Below, in pieces: positions 1 to 9,783 of a stretch of DNA of 64,000 bases. Position 1 is the stretch's first letter; the number at the start of each line of letters is the position of its first letter. A program made the translations under genes and the position numbers. The notes under the pieces were generated by a model. The model searched no databases. It was not told where the DNA came from and saw only the letters and a list, made by a program, of their open reading frames with translations. The DNA lies in the IMG/VR virus record IMGVR_UViG_3300036944_001289, positions 1 to 64,000 of that record; one strand, given 5' to 3'.

Positions 1-312
1 ACAGACCCCGGCATAACCAGAGACCCAGGCTTTACCATAGACCTCGGCATTACCACAGACCTTGGCATTACCATAGACCATGGCATTACCAGAGACCCTG
101 GCATTATCACAGACCAAGGCATTACCATAGACCTCGGCATTACCACAGACCTTGGCATTACCATAGACCATGGCATCACCATAGACCTCGGCATCACCGG
201 AGACCCAGGCTTTACCAGAGACCTCGGCATTACCATAGACCATGGCATTACCAGAGACCTTGGCATCACCATAGACCTCGGCATCACCGGAGACCTCGGC
301 ATTATCATAGAC
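1..312 (-). repeat. 18-nt degenerate tandem repeat encoding V[YSC]G[ND]Ax hexapeptides
   Basis: Period-18 units such as accatagacctcggcatt / accagagacccaggcttt. Confidence 0.9.
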
Positions 313-441
313 GAAACAATCTCCTTCTTGGGAGAGGTTGGATTCAGTCTGAATCCAACCTCCGACAAGGTCATCGGAAATGCGCCGGATTTGTTTCAGG
401 CCGTTTTTTTCTTTACCAGTAAATTCGTATTTCTTTTTCAT
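1..441 (-). CDS. Hexapeptide-repeat (left-handed beta-helix) phage protein, truncated by window start
   Basis: ATG at 441 overlaps the stop of the upstream gene; reads MKKKYEFTGKEKNGLKQIRRISDDLVGGWIQTESNLSQEGDCFVYDNAEVSGDAEVYGDAKVSGNAMVYGNA...; missing from the ORF track because it runs off the edge. Confidence 0.85.
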   Translation of the reverse strand, partial: MKKKYEFTGKEKNGLKQIRRISDDLVGGWIQTESNLSQEGDCFVYDNAEVSGDAEVYGDAKVSGNAMVYGNAEVSGKAWVSGDAEVYGDAMVYGNAKVCGNAEVYGNALVCDNARVSGNAMVYGNAKVCGNAEVYGKAWVSGYAGVC

Positions 442-1112
442 TGTTTAGCTGGATTAATATCAACACCGCAACCGATCATATGCTCACCTACAAAAGCGGT
501 AATACCTACATCATTTAGTGCATAAGAGATAGCCTTTTGCTTCTGCTCTTCAGTACCATAATACTGTTTAGCAAACTCTGCACCATCACCTGTCTTACCA
601 GTACCACCAAAGAATTCAGATACTTCTCCAAGATTACCACCACACTGATATTGTCCAAGACCCCAGATTGCTCTGAGATCTACAAAGTACTCTGGCCAGT
701 AACGGTTATTACGGAGCTGTATATGAGAGGTATCTAGCTTATGCTTCCATGCACGACGAATAATATAAGGTAGATCGAACTCAAAAATATTCCAACCAAC
801 GATAGTTAGCTCACCATTGTATCCTTGTTTACAAGTATCTACAAAGTCTTTTATTACTTGATAGTCATCACGATTATCACTCTCTTTAACGTAAAGATCT
901 TTATTACGTTCATAGCCAATAACTGCAACATGACTTAACATTGGGTTAAGTGCAGCATTATCAATCCATTTCTGCTTCTTTTCTTCTATAGCAGCTTGAA
1001 TTTTAGAAGCATCTTTATAATTAGATGGAGCCTCAAATTCAGGCATAAGCTTTTCAAGCTTTTCAGTTAGATATGGAGCAGTTTCAATGTCGAAGTAGAT
1101 GCGATTTTTCAT
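438..1112 (-). CDS. DnaQ/PolB-like 3'-5' exonuclease
   Basis: ExoI FDIET, ExoII GWNIFEFDLPY, ExoIII YALNDV. Confidence 0.8.
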   Translation of the reverse strand: MKNRIYFDIETAPYLTEKLEKLMPEFEAPSNYKDASKIQAAIEEKKQKWIDNAALNPMLSHVAVIGYERNKDLYVKESDNRDDYQVIKDFVDTCKQGYNGELTIVGWNIFEFDLPYIIRRAWKHKLDTSHIQLRNNRYWPEYFVDLRAIWGLGQYQCGGNLGEVSEFFGGTGKTGDGAEFAKQYYGTEEQKQKAISYALNDVGITAFVGEHMIGCGVDINPAKQ

Positions 1113-1423
1113 TTGGTTAGTCCGAGAATTATTTTATCTTCTGCAGTTAGCTTACTAAGTGCAGCTTTAATTTTTTTGTTGTGTTCAATATATTCTTGTT
1201 CCCATGTAGTCTGGGATTCTTGAACAGCAGCCCATAGTGCTCGTAACAACCACCCGCTAGATTTTCTAATGCATACTGAACCGTTATGGATTTCTACTTC
1301 CCATTCACTATGTTCAGTGCGTTCGTGATATATATTGACATAATCGAACTGATCTAGTGATCTTACTAACTCCCTAATATCACAGTCTGATAGTGTCGGG
1401 CATTGACTAGGTTCTATTTTCAT
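1109..1423 (-). CDS. hypothetical protein
   Basis: ORF coupled by 4-nt overlaps to both neighbours. Confidence 0.6.
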   Translation of the reverse strand: MKIEPSQCPTLSDCDIRELVRSLDQFDYVNIYHERTEHSEWEVEIHNGSVCIRKSSGWLLRALWAAVQESQTTWEQEYIEHNKKIKAALSKLTAEDKIILGLTK

Positions 1424-1650
1424 TTTATTATCTCTTCTGAAATACTTTGAATCACATTCATTTCAAACTTTTCTAAATCTTTTTGATTTAGCTGACCGCT
1501 TTGTATATATGCATCTCTAAACTTTTTATAGACTTGTGATACTATATGAGGTAAAGAGTCTGGTGGTAAAAGAATAGGTGATATATCAACAGATATATCA
1601 CTTTTCTCGTTTATTGTGATAATTGCAATCGGATAGTCTGCATCGTTCAT
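1420..1650 (-). CDS. hypothetical protein
   Basis: ORF coupled by ATGA overlaps. Confidence 0.55.
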   Translation of the reverse strand: MNDADYPIAIITINEKSDISVDISPILLPPDSLPHIVSQVYKKFRDAYIQSGQLNQKDLEKFEMNVIQSISEEIIK

Positions 1651-2213
1651 ACTATAGTATATTCTTTAGGTTCAATAGGATTATTATTTTTATCTAGCAT
1701 CCATATACCTGTACGCTCATTAATAGTTAAATTTGGTAGCTTTAGCACTTGCTCCTTTATAAAACACCTATATCGATATTTCTTCTTCAAAACTAATTGG
1801 TAAAGTAAATCACTATTATTTGTTTGTTTTCTTTCTTCTACCTTACGGAGATACTTGGGAGAGGTAACGAAATAACAGTTTTTATCAATATATTCTGGTC
1901 GAATAAAAGAGTTAAAATCAAATTCATCAAAACACTTCCATTTATATTTTCTAAAACAAACAGCAGTATCGATGCATTTATCAGTGATATCTATTAGACT
2001 AATTAATCCAACTTCTTTATATATGCGATTACCGCAATCTATAATAATTTTTTCATTAGCTACTTTACTGCGTATGTGATTTTTTATCGTACTTACATTA
2101 CGTATATTAAACGTACTTATTAAAACAGTATCACCTTTACGTGCCTTATCGATAGCAAAATCGATAAGGCGCTCTGTCTTGCCTGATTGTCTTCCCGATA
2201 TTTCAAGATACAT
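1647..2213 (-). CDS. Small P-loop NTPase-like protein
   Basis: N-terminal SGRQSGKT Walker A; CFDEFD Walker-B-like. Confidence 0.6.
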   Translation of the reverse strand: MYLEISGRQSGKTERLIDFAIDKARKGDTVLISTFNIRNVSTIKNHIRSKVANEKIIIDCGNRIYKEVGLISLIDITDKCIDTAVCFRKYKWKCFDEFDFNSFIRPEYIDKNCYFVTSPKYLRKVEERKQTNNSDLLYQLVLKKKYRYRCFIKEQVLKLPNLTINERTGIWMLDKNNNPIEPKEYTIV

Positions 2214-2523
2214 GCTTTGTTATATTATTGCGTAGGTCTTCTTCGGTGATTATACCTGTAATCTTTTCTACCACCTGTCTGTTCTTTAGAACGACTGTAG
2301 TGGGTAGTGAACGAATATTATGTTCACTCATGAAACTAAACTCATCTGTATTGATTTTACCAAAAACTGCTCTTCCAATAAACTCTTTAGCAACCCTATC
2401 AAATATAGGGCTATAGGCTTTACAAGGACCACACCAGTTAGCGTAATAATCAATCACTACTATATTATTATAATTAATAGTATCTGCAAATGTTTGATCT
2501 GTAATTTGTACAACGTTATTCAT
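2203..2523 (-). CDS. trxA: Thioredoxin
   Basis: WCGPC active site, IRSLPT cis-Pro motif, 106 aa. Confidence 0.93.
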   Translation of the reverse strand: MNNVVQITDQTFADTINYNNIVVIDYYANWCGPCKAYSPIFDRVAKEFIGRAVFGKINTDEFSFMSEHNIRSLPTTVVLKNRQVVEKITGIITEEDLRNNITKHVS

Positions 2524-2547
2524 ATGTCTTCATATTATATGACAGGG

Positions 2548-2581
2548 AAAGAGACTTCAAGATCACTCTTGAAGTCTCTTT
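2548..2581. terminator. Intrinsic terminator-like hairpin
   Basis: aaagagacttcaaga-tcac-tcttgaagtctcttt inverted repeat downstream of the SPFH gene. Confidence 0.6.
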
Positions 2582-2596
2582 CTAACTACCTTAAAC

Positions 2597-3865
2597 TTAT
2601 TTAATAATACCCATACTCTTTAGCAGGGTCAGATTCATTAAGTTCTCATTCACGCTGGCTCCATCATTACCATTAGCTCCAGCACCACCAGTAATAACTG
2701 TACTTGGTACTGCAACTTTAGCAAGCGCCGCAGCAACATCTACGTCACGTCGTGCAGCAATCTCAGCTAGTACCTTCTTCTCTTCTGTGAGAGCACCACC
2801 CAACGCAATGCGTTCCTTTTCAGCTTTCGCAAGTTCAATAACTTGTTTAGCCGTTTCTTCAGCAGCCTGACGTTCAAGTCGTGCCACTTCAAGCTGTTTC
2901 ATGGCCGCAGTCTCAGCAGTTTCTTTATCAAGCTTTGCTACTGATAGGAGCTTTGCAGCTTCAGTTTCAGCAACCTGTTTTTCTTTCTCAGCACGAATAA
3001 CAGCCTCAGCCTTTTCACGATTTGACTTAGCTTCGGTCTCAGCCTTCTCACGAAGACCCTTCTCGATAATCATCAAACGCTGCTGAACCTCACCTTCACG
3101 TTGCGCTTTTGCAGATTCTGCCTGTAAAAATGCTTCCTTCTTTTGTGCAAATTGCTTTCGAGTCTGCTCATCGTATTCAGTCTCAGTAATAGAAAACTGG
3201 GTTACATGAATACCGAGGTGTTTGAGTGGTGAGGTTTGTGAAACGATAGGTTTACCATTCTTATCAACTACTACTTCAGTCGCAAGAACTTTAATTGGGT
3301 TACCCTTTTCGTCAATCTGATCTAGAGTTCGTTCAATACGTCGCATCTCATACAAACCTGCATTCATCTGTTCATATGCAACATTATTAAATTCAGACTT
3401 ACGAGCAGCCTGATTCTCAGATGCACTCATCAGAGGTCCAGAGGCCTTAAGAACGTTTGAAAGATGTCCCCAAACTGAGTTCTTAATAGCATCGTGATTA
3501 CCACCGAAACGGCGATGGAATTCACGCTTATTGTCAACTGTAGGGGGTGATGCAAATGAAATCATAGCATCAACATCTGCGGTACCACCGTCATTAAACG
3601 TTACACGAGTCGACTCATCTGTAGGAGACTCATTCGTGATCTCCCTCGTAAACTCAAACTGCCAGTTACGAGGGTATGTCCAGACAGTGCCGTACCATTT
3701 ACCATACCATCCAGGATTATCAATAATTCGAACCGTTCCATTAGGGTATTGCAGCACCTGCCAATCTTGGTCGTCATTATGACCGACAGCACCACTAAAT
3801 ACAAGGATACCACCAATAACGACAGCACCGACGCTTGCGAGTTTAATTATATTTTTTAGTTCCAT
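2597..3865 (-). CDS. SPFH/band-7 (flotillin-like) membrane protein
   Basis: N-terminal TM helix, SPFH-like core, long AE-rich coiled coil, VAVPSTVITGG tail. Confidence 0.75.
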   Translation of the reverse strand: MELKNIIKLASVGAVVIGGILVFSGAVGHNDDQDWQVLQYPNGTVRIIDNPGWYGKWYGTVWTYPRNWQFEFTREITNESPTDESTRVTFNDGGTADVDAMISFASPPTVDNKREFHRRFGGNHDAIKNSVWGHLSNVLKASGPLMSASENQAARKSEFNNVAYEQMNAGLYEMRRIERTLDQIDEKGNPIKVLATEVVVDKNGKPIVSQTSPLKHLGIHVTQFSITETEYDEQTRKQFAQKKEAFLQAESAKAQREGEVQQRLMIIEKGLREKAETEAKSNREKAEAVIRAEKEKQVAETEAAKLLSVAKLDKETAETAAMKQLEVARLERQAAEETAKQVIELAKAEKERIALGGALTEEKKVLAEIAARRDVDVAAALAKVAVPSTVITGGAGANGNDGASVNENLMNLTLLKSMGIIK

Positions 3866-3909
3866 AATTTATTATATTTAACAATTAAAATTTTACAAAA
3901 TTTCCTTGA

Positions 3910-4149
3910 TTACTTTTTAATATTTGATACTCTATGTTTTTCAGCATTGATCTTTTGCTGTGTTTTATCTAACGTGCTATTATAGTTATTAGCACGTTTA
4001 TTGGCAATATCAAATTCGCTTTGAATTGTAGAAGCATCAGTTTTCTTTGAAAGATTGCTAAGAAAACGGTCAAATGCCGCGCTAGTAAAGATCTTCCAGA
4101 TTGCTACCCCGGTAAGACCTAAAAATAAGAAGAGTAATATGTATCTCAT
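3910..4149 (-). CDS. Small membrane protein with coiled coil, probable SPFH partner
   Basis: N-terminal TM helix; directly upstream of the SPFH gene. Confidence 0.6.
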   Translation of the reverse strand: MRYILLFLFLGLTGVAIWKIFTSAAFDRFLSNLSKKTDASTIQSEFDIANKRANNYNSTLDKTQQKINAEKHRVSNIKK

Positions 4150-4178
4150 ACACCCTTATATTATAGAATTTCCTAGGA

Positions 4179-4409
4179 TTACTTTCTAGGTATTCTTCTT
4201 AAGAATAAAGCATATGTTAGAGATATACCTAACATAATCATACCATATGAATCAGGTTCAGGTACAGGGGGTCTAGGTTTACCTCCAGGCCCCCAACCAT
4301 TACCATTATTATCAAAATACACGATATCTGACCAGTCAGCAGGTATCATATCCTGTGAGTATGTAGTATATGATATACAAAGCAATATACTAAAGAGCAA
4401 TCTCTTCAC
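4179..4409 (-). CDS. Minimal PEP-CTERM protein (signal peptide + VPEP-TM-RR tail)
   Basis: Probable GTG start at 4409 after TAAATA; MKRLLFSILLCISYTTYS...PVPEPDSYGMIMLGISLTYALFLRRIPRK. Confidence 0.8.
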   Translation of the reverse strand: MKRLLFSILLCISYTTYSQDMIPADWSDIVYFDNNGNGWGPGGKPRPPVPEPDSYGMIMLGISLTYALFLRRIPRK

Positions 4410-4417
4410 ATTATTAT

Positions 4418-4999
4418 TTACATTCCTAGACTTATACCACAAGGTACATCATCTTCACCTGCCATACCTAAGTAATCTGACTTAGTTGTGCCGTCAGAAT
4501 ACTCTGTAACACGTGATCTACCACCCATAAAGTCTGAGTAATAAGTTCGGACCGGGGTCGGTTCTGTTATACTATCTTCATACATCTCATCATCGATAGA
4601 TCTACTCCAATTTCTTTTAAAGGTTCTGGGTTGTTCAGTTACTGAGCAATTGGTTTGTGATCGATGAAAAAGGCACTCACCATCTTCATTTCGTTTCATA
4701 TATCTTTCACCTTTGCGTACATACCTACCAGCAACTTTCCAGTCCATATATGTCTGAAACTCATTCTCAATCTTAGACTTTTTAGGCTTACTAGGTTGTA
4801 CCTTCTTACTCTCTCTCAATCTACCTGGAAGTATAACTCTAAGCTCGTTTGGGTTAAAGCAAACATTACACTTACAATTATATGGTCGTACATAGATATT
4901 ATTTGGAGCAATATCTACTACAACACCATCACGTACGTTCTCAGGAAACTCACTACGGGGTGCTTTTTGTGTATAAACTACTATATCTCCTATTTTCAT
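4418..4999 (-). CDS. hypothetical protein (N-terminal SH3/KOW-like)
   Basis: MKIGDIVVY start typical of phage SH3-like domains. Confidence 0.55.
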   Translation of the reverse strand: MKIGDIVVYTQKAPRSEFPENVRDGVVVDIAPNNIYVRPYNCKCNVCFNPNELRVILPGRLRESKKVQPSKPKKSKIENEFQTYMDWKVAGRYVRKGERYMKRNEDGECLFHRSQTNCSVTEQPRTFKRNWSRSIDDEMYEDSITEPTPVRTYYSDFMGGRSRVTEYSDGTTKSDYLGMAGEDDVPCGISLGM

Positions 5000-5000
5000 A

Positions 5001-5357
5001 TTAAAATGGTGGTTTAAGAATATCTGCTAAATTTGCATATTTATACTTAGGTACTGGATTGGATAATATATCCGCAATTGATGTAGATGCAAAATTATCT
5101 AATATAGGTGACTTATGTTGAAACTTATTACTATAATGGTTTAAATAATCGTCAAGTAAAAAAATAGGTATGTTTTTATCTTCAGTACCATACCTATTTT
5201 TCATTACACTAAAAAAAGTATCATGTAACTCAATAATAAGTCCAGCGTGTAGATATGTATTAGTATCATACGCAATTGCATGATCAGATGTTTTAATCTG
5301 TGTACCATCTAATATTAAAGCATATAGTACACCATTTTCAAATTCTTTTATAAGCAT
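5001..5357 (-). CDS. hypothetical protein
   Basis: ORF in co-oriented operon. Confidence 0.55.
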   Translation of the reverse strand: MLIKEFENGVLYALILDGTQIKTSDHAIAYDTNTYLHAGLIIELHDTFFSVMKNRYGTEDKNIPIFLLDDYLNHYSNKFQHKSPILDNFASTSIADILSNPVPKYKYANLADILKPPF

Positions 5358-5533
5358 ATTTTAGTCAAAAAAGCATCAAGCCTCTTCTCAAATTCATCAT
5401 CTTCCATATTGAACATCTTATCCTCTGATCCAAAGATAATAACACATAGCTGACCGAATCTCAAGTCAGGCATAGCTGTCCAGATCTTTTGAAACTTCTC
5501 AATAAGAATTGGTATGCGGTTTGGGTTTCTCAT
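5348..5533 (-). CDS. Conserved small phage protein (MRNPNRI...PDLRFGQL family)
   Basis: Recognisable motif MRxPxRI..W...PDLRxGQL. Confidence 0.65.
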   Translation of the reverse strand: MRNPNRIPILIEKFQKIWTAMPDLRFGQLCVIIFGSEDKMFNMEDDEFEKRLDAFLTKICL

Positions 5534-5537
5534 AAAA

Positions 5538-6710
5538 TTAATCTACTCCTACTCCATCTCTAATACCGATAACGTATGGAAATCTTGGCGCACCTTCAGC
5601 ACCAATACCAAAATACTTTACCTTAGCATACTTACCTTTAAATGTTTGTTTATTATCTAGTAGTTCCTTTAGATATTCATGAGAGCCTTTTACATTTGAG
5701 TTAAACTTATTATCGATATCACTATGGTTGTATCCGTAATTCTTAACAGCGTAGTTAATATCATCGATATCTTTTAGCAAGATAAATCGACCACACATAC
5801 CTGTTTTATTACCTTCACCTTCTTCAATATCAATAATATAATACTCTTTCTCATCGAAATCTTTTCGTTTTAGAAGATTAGAAGAGCGTTTATTTTCATA
5901 TGGCTTATTAAGGCGAATAATCTGCCCTTCATATCCAAGCTCCATAAACTGTTCATAATAGCGATTTACTTCATCTTCATTATTACAGTGATAAGAAGGA
6001 GCAATACAAATTACATTATTAATTATACCAGGCTGCAAACACTCAGATAGAATACTATTAAGCTTTTCTAAACGCTGTGAATAATTAAGTACAGTATCAA
6101 TAATGTCATAGATATGATACTGAATAGTATTAGCAGATTCTTCAATATCAGCTACAGTAGGCTTAGTCTTCTTAATAAGACTCATTATCTTTTCGAAGTT
6201 ATTATTGAGCTTATGACAATAAAGCTCTCCATCGAAAATGATATCAGGATACTTATCAAACACTGGCTGAAGTGCTTTTGAGATATGTTGTGCAGTCTTC
6301 CAAGGCTTGCCGTTTCTCGAAAACGGGCCAGTAATGCCATGTACAGAACGAGCACCATCGTACTTCATATTTACCCATACTGGATACATTACCTTATCTT
6401 TTCTATCAGCCCAATTCTTAGCAAGCATAGGCTCTACAAAATGAACCTTATCGATATCATCGATATTTAGCCAATAGCCAGATTCAAGCTTGCGTTTAAA
6501 GATTGCTTGTGCTTCAAACTCTGCTTGCTCTTCTGCATTACGAGCATTAGCTCTACCTTCATTGGTAGTGTATGTATTATACCATTCTGTGGTTTGAATA
6601 GCACCTCCAAGCTGTCCGTAAACGGTACGGTATTTTGCACCTTCTGTTTCTATATACCAGGTCTGAATAGCACCTGTTGAGGTACGACTATAAAGTGTAG
6701 AGTATTTCAT
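5538..6710 (-). CDS. lig: ATP-dependent DNA ligase
   Basis: EPMLA, motif I KYDGAR, FDGELY, YHIYD, GYEGQIIR, LLKRK, C-terminal PRFP. Confidence 0.92.
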   Translation of the reverse strand: MKYSTLYSRTSTGAIQTWYIETEGAKYRTVYGQLGGAIQTTEWYNTYTTNEGRANARNAEEQAEFEAQAIFKRKLESGYWLNIDDIDKVHFVEPMLAKNWADRKDKVMYPVWVNMKYDGARSVHGITGPFSRNGKPWKTAQHISKALQPVFDKYPDIIFDGELYCHKLNNNFEKIMSLIKKTKPTVADIEESANTIQYHIYDIIDTVLNYSQRLEKLNSILSECLQPGIINNVICIAPSYHCNNEDEVNRYYEQFMELGYEGQIIRLNKPYENKRSSNLLKRKDFDEKEYYIIDIEEGEGNKTGMCGRFILLKDIDDINYAVKNYGYNHSDIDNKFNSNVKGSHEYLKELLDNKQTFKGKYAKVKYFGIGAEGAPRFPYVIGIRDGVGVD

Positions 6711-6740
6711 AATAAGATTATATTAAATTTCCTAGATAGT

Positions 6741-7001
6741 TTATTTGCATACTCCATATTCATCAAATGGAGCAAATTTCGATACCCATCCACAAGTATC
6801 TCCAAAACAAGCCGATCCGGTCCACGCGTAAACTGGAACGATTTCGTGGTCAATCTCCCATTGAAACACTACTTTACCATGTAACATGAGTTGCCGGTAA
6901 AGTTTCTGTTCACACCAAGTATCGTCACATCTACCATACCTGTCTTTTCTTATCGTAATATGATGCCGTGTTACCTTTTTTCTTGAAGTAAATAGTTTCA
7001 T
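6741..7001 (-). CDS. hypothetical protein
   Basis: Likely starts at internal Met (MKLFTSRK), coupled to the upstream stop. Confidence 0.5.
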   Translation of the reverse strand: MKLFTSRKKVTRHHITIRKDRYGRCDDTWCEQKLYRQLMLHGKVVFQWEIDHEIVPVYAWTGSACFGDTCGWVSKFAPFDEYGVCK

Positions 7002-7342
7002 AGTCCAAACCAAAGCTTTCTTTTTCTTTTGATATTTTCCGGTAACAAGTTTATAACAAAGCACATTAGTTTAGCCCAATGTTTAGGTATGAGAATTGTT
7101 CTAGGTTTACCTGGTTGGTCGTAAAATACAACTTTAGTAACGAATACCGCTTTTTTTCCGTTTTGGGTTTTATAGTAGCGATTCCAACGAATCAGTTCTT
7201 TAATCCAATTATCATTTTCATCTATATCAAAGAAATCAAACTTTTCGGCATGGTAGGTAATACCCTTTGCATTATACCTTTCATAATAACCGTTACCATG
7301 CCAGTAACCGCTTTCGTGATATACTCTTAAAGTCTTTTTCAT
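6998..7342 (-). CDS. hypothetical protein
   Basis: Coupled ORF. Confidence 0.55.
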   Translation of the reverse strand: MKKTLRVYHESGYWHGNGYYERYNAKGITYHAEKFDFFDIDENDNWIKELIRWNRYYKTQNGKKAVFVTKVVFYDQPGKPRTILIPKHWAKLMCFVINLLPENIKRKRKLWFGL

Positions 7343-7710
7343 CCTTGTATTTCGTAATAGATAAGATTGCGTTTTAGTTCTTCGGCTCGATCAATGAGTT
7401 CTCTAATATTTCGAGTTAGAATATCCTCGGCAAATTTCTTTGCGGCTTCTAGGTTTGTGAAATATCCATTACGTTCTACATAACAATCATATTTCTCGTC
7501 TTTGTCAAATGGAAATCCATCCCAAGACTGTTCGACTTCACAAACAATGTTAAAGCTATCCTCATCAATCTTTTCCGTGGCGAGATATCTATTGAATGAA
7601 TTAGGTGTGATAAGTTTTTCAACCTCTAGTTTTCTAATACAATTAAGATAACCAGATGGAGCAAAACAGACTTCGTAGCAATAAGTTTTCATGGGAATTT
7701 CAGTTTTCAT
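7339..7710 (-). CDS. hypothetical protein
   Basis: Coupled ORF. Confidence 0.6.
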   Translation of the reverse strand: MKTEIPMKTYCYEVCFAPSGYLNCIRKLEVEKLITPNSFNRYLATEKIDEDSFNIVCEVEQSWDGFPFDKDEKYDCYVERNGYFTNLEAAKKFAEDILTRNIRELIDRAEELKRNLIYYEIQG

Positions 7711-8006
7711 TGTCTAAATCTTTTAATATAAATCGCGTCATAACCTAAATCTCCGTCTAAATGACAATGATATAACCAATCTTCGGCATCATGTCTAGTT
7801 CCATTTTCAATAATGAAAAATTTATCACTGTCAACAATAAATTCAGCAGAGTTATTCTGCATAAACCAGTCGTTATCTTCAACTTTACCGCTACGTTGAA
7901 AATTTATACCGTCCAGATGTTTTAATTCAATTTCTTCAACCTCAACTCCATCCGTTCCATATAAACGACACCTCCATCCACTTATTAGTTTTTTATTTAA
8001 TTTCAT
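7707..8006 (-). CDS. hypothetical protein
   Basis: Coupled ORF, likely start MKLNKK. Confidence 0.55.
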   Translation of the reverse strand: MKLNKKLISGWRCRLYGTDGVEVEEIELKHLDGINFQRSGKVEDNDWFMQNNSAEFIVDSDKFFIIENGTRHDAEDWLYHCHLDGDLGYDAIYIKRFRQ

Positions 8007-8023
8007 ATTTGAATACACGATTA

Positions 8024-8218
8024 TTAATCACCATCAAGCGCTCCAGCACCGTATGCAATCCAAAGAATTATTCCTATAATTGCATGACTAACAAAAACAG
8101 CTTTTAATCCGATTTGTAATTCATACAATGGCAACCACCAGCATACACATAAATATAGAAAAATAGCAAAGATTACCAATCCACCATATTTAGCAAACCA
8201 TTTGAGATGTTTTTTCAT
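8024..8218 (-). CDS. Small two-TM membrane protein
   Basis: GGAGG RBS before MKKHLKW; two hydrophobic helices. Confidence 0.55.
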   Translation of the reverse strand: MKKHLKWFAKYGGLVIFAIFLYLCVCWWLPLYELQIGLKAVFVSHAIIGIILWIAYGAGALDGD

Positions 8219-8222
8219 CTTG

Positions 8223-8789
8223 TTATCCTCCGTAATAACTACCCTTACCTTCAACCCAAAAAGCTCGAACATTCTCTTCAAGCCAATCAAATTTTAGGAG
8301 TGGAGATTCGTCTTTAAAGTCTTCTAAATAAACATGATTTATAAATAGACCATCGTACTTATTACCATCTTCAACACAAGTTACACATGGAAAAGATTTT
8401 GGAAAATCCTCGTTACGCTTTAACGTATTTAAATCAACATCCAAATCAGAAGCAATATATGTAACACCATCACCATCTTCGTCTGGATTGTAAACCAATC
8501 CCAAACTATAAAGAAGTGTTTCAGCAGAATAGCCCTCAAATATACCTCTCCAATAAAACATATCTTCTCCGTATTCTTTCTCTGCCTTTTCATAAACTTC
8601 AAAACATTTCTTCCACTCTTGGAAGTTTTCTTCTCTGAACTCCTTATCATCTACCTTAGAGATAAACGGCATATCTTCTTTTTTCCATACATGTGCTGCC
8701 GCATTATATGCACGCAAATGAGTAAAGATGCAAGCAGTTCTTACAAATTTAATATAATCATGTTCAGTTTGAAATGTTAGTTTGATCAT
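8223..8789 (-). CDS. hypothetical protein
   Basis: 188-aa coupled ORF. Confidence 0.6.
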   Translation of the reverse strand: MIKLTFQTEHDYIKFVRTACIFTHLRAYNAAAHVWKKEDMPFISKVDDKEFREENFQEWKKCFEVYEKAEKEYGEDMFYWRGIFEGYSAETLLYSLGLVYNPDEDGDGVTYIASDLDVDLNTLKRNEDFPKSFPCVTCVEDGNKYDGLFINHVYLEDFKDESPLLKFDWLEENVRAFWVEGKGSYYGG

Positions 8790-9535
8790 AGTACTTTCTT
8801 ATCGTTGTTGTAGTCTTTATAAGGTGAGTCTTCGGGTCCGTTCATAAACTCAGAAGTAAATCCTTCTCTTTTACCGTGATGATCTACAAGACCATGTGGT
8901 CTATTTTTGAGATGAGCTTTTACTTCAGTTAAACTAATGGGCTTTCCAAATGATTCTATACCAACGTCAAGTTGTCTACCGTTACCAGTATTCTTATTTG
9001 ATATAGGGTAATTACCATGACAATGACCAGAAAGATGAATAGAGCCTTTATTTTGACAATTCCAAGAGCCAATAGGGTAATGACTCAATACCATATGCGT
9101 ATCTTTATTTATCCTTAGTTCAATATAGTTTGGTATATATATTACTCTACGTCCTTCAAACTCAGTAACCAATGGAAAGATATCCACTTCAGGTGCAATA
9201 TATGGGTAAAGCTTAAGCTTATTAGTTTTATACATCTGCCTCCAACCTGATGTATGGTTACCAGGTAGAAGAAAAAGAGTATGAAATTTTAGACGTCTAA
9301 ATAGATTTTGAATCTTCTTACCATCTGGATCACCAAATACAAAGTCTCCAAGATGAAAAGCTATAGAGTCATAAGTACATGTTTCATTCCATTTACCGAT
9401 TATACCTTCAAGTGCGTCATTACAAGAAGTATAACCTCTTGGTTTATATACAAAGTCTTTATCATGATGAAAGTGGCAATCACTTACAAAGAATATATCA
9501 TTTTCAGGGTGTGTAATAGTATAGATATCACTCAT
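8786..9535 (-). CDS. Calcineurin-like metallophosphoesterase
   Basis: SDCHF, LGDF, PGNH, SHYP, GHCH motifs. Confidence 0.88.
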   Translation of the reverse strand: MSDIYTITHPENDIFFVSDCHFHHDKDFVYKPRGYTSCNDALEGIIGKWNETCTYDSIAFHLGDFVFGDPDGKKIQNLFRRLKFHTLFLLPGNHTSGWRQMYKTNKLKLYPYIAPEVDIFPLVTEFEGRRVIYIPNYIELRINKDTHMVLSHYPIGSWNCQNKGSIHLSGHCHGNYPISNKNTGNGRQLDVGIESFGKPISLTEVKAHLKNRPHGLVDHHGKREGFTSEFMNGPEDSPYKDYNNDKKVL

Positions 9536-9782
9536 TGATCATACTTTCTAATTTTGTGTATGCAATATCAAAGTCAATTTTACCTTTAGAATCTAATACT
9601 TCAATACTACATGTATAGCTTTTCGTTATGTTATTAAAATCACTCATCATTATACCTACATACGTTTCAAGTACTTGAATATAAATTATTTTAAAGTTAG
9701 CGTATATAGAGAATACTAGCGCATTCTCTCTGTTAGCCAGATAGTCTAATATCAAGGCTCGCTCAAATTCTTGTTTTGTCAT
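9528..9782 (-). CDS. hypothetical protein
   Basis: Coupled ORF. Confidence 0.5.
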   Translation of the reverse strand: MTKQEFERALILDYLANRENALVFSIYANFKIIYIQVLETYVGIMMSDFNNITKSYTCSIEVLDSKGKIDFDIAYTKLESMINE

Positions 9783-9783
9783 A

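Noticed and set aside
1-312. Possible CRISPR array or DGR template
   Set aside because: Contiguous 18-nt degenerate units with no spacers, encoding an in-frame hexapeptide repeat; no cas or reverse transcriptase gene in the window.
1647-2213. Terminase large subunit
   Set aside because: Has an RQSGKT motif but is only 188 aa with no nuclease domain, in an early-gene context.
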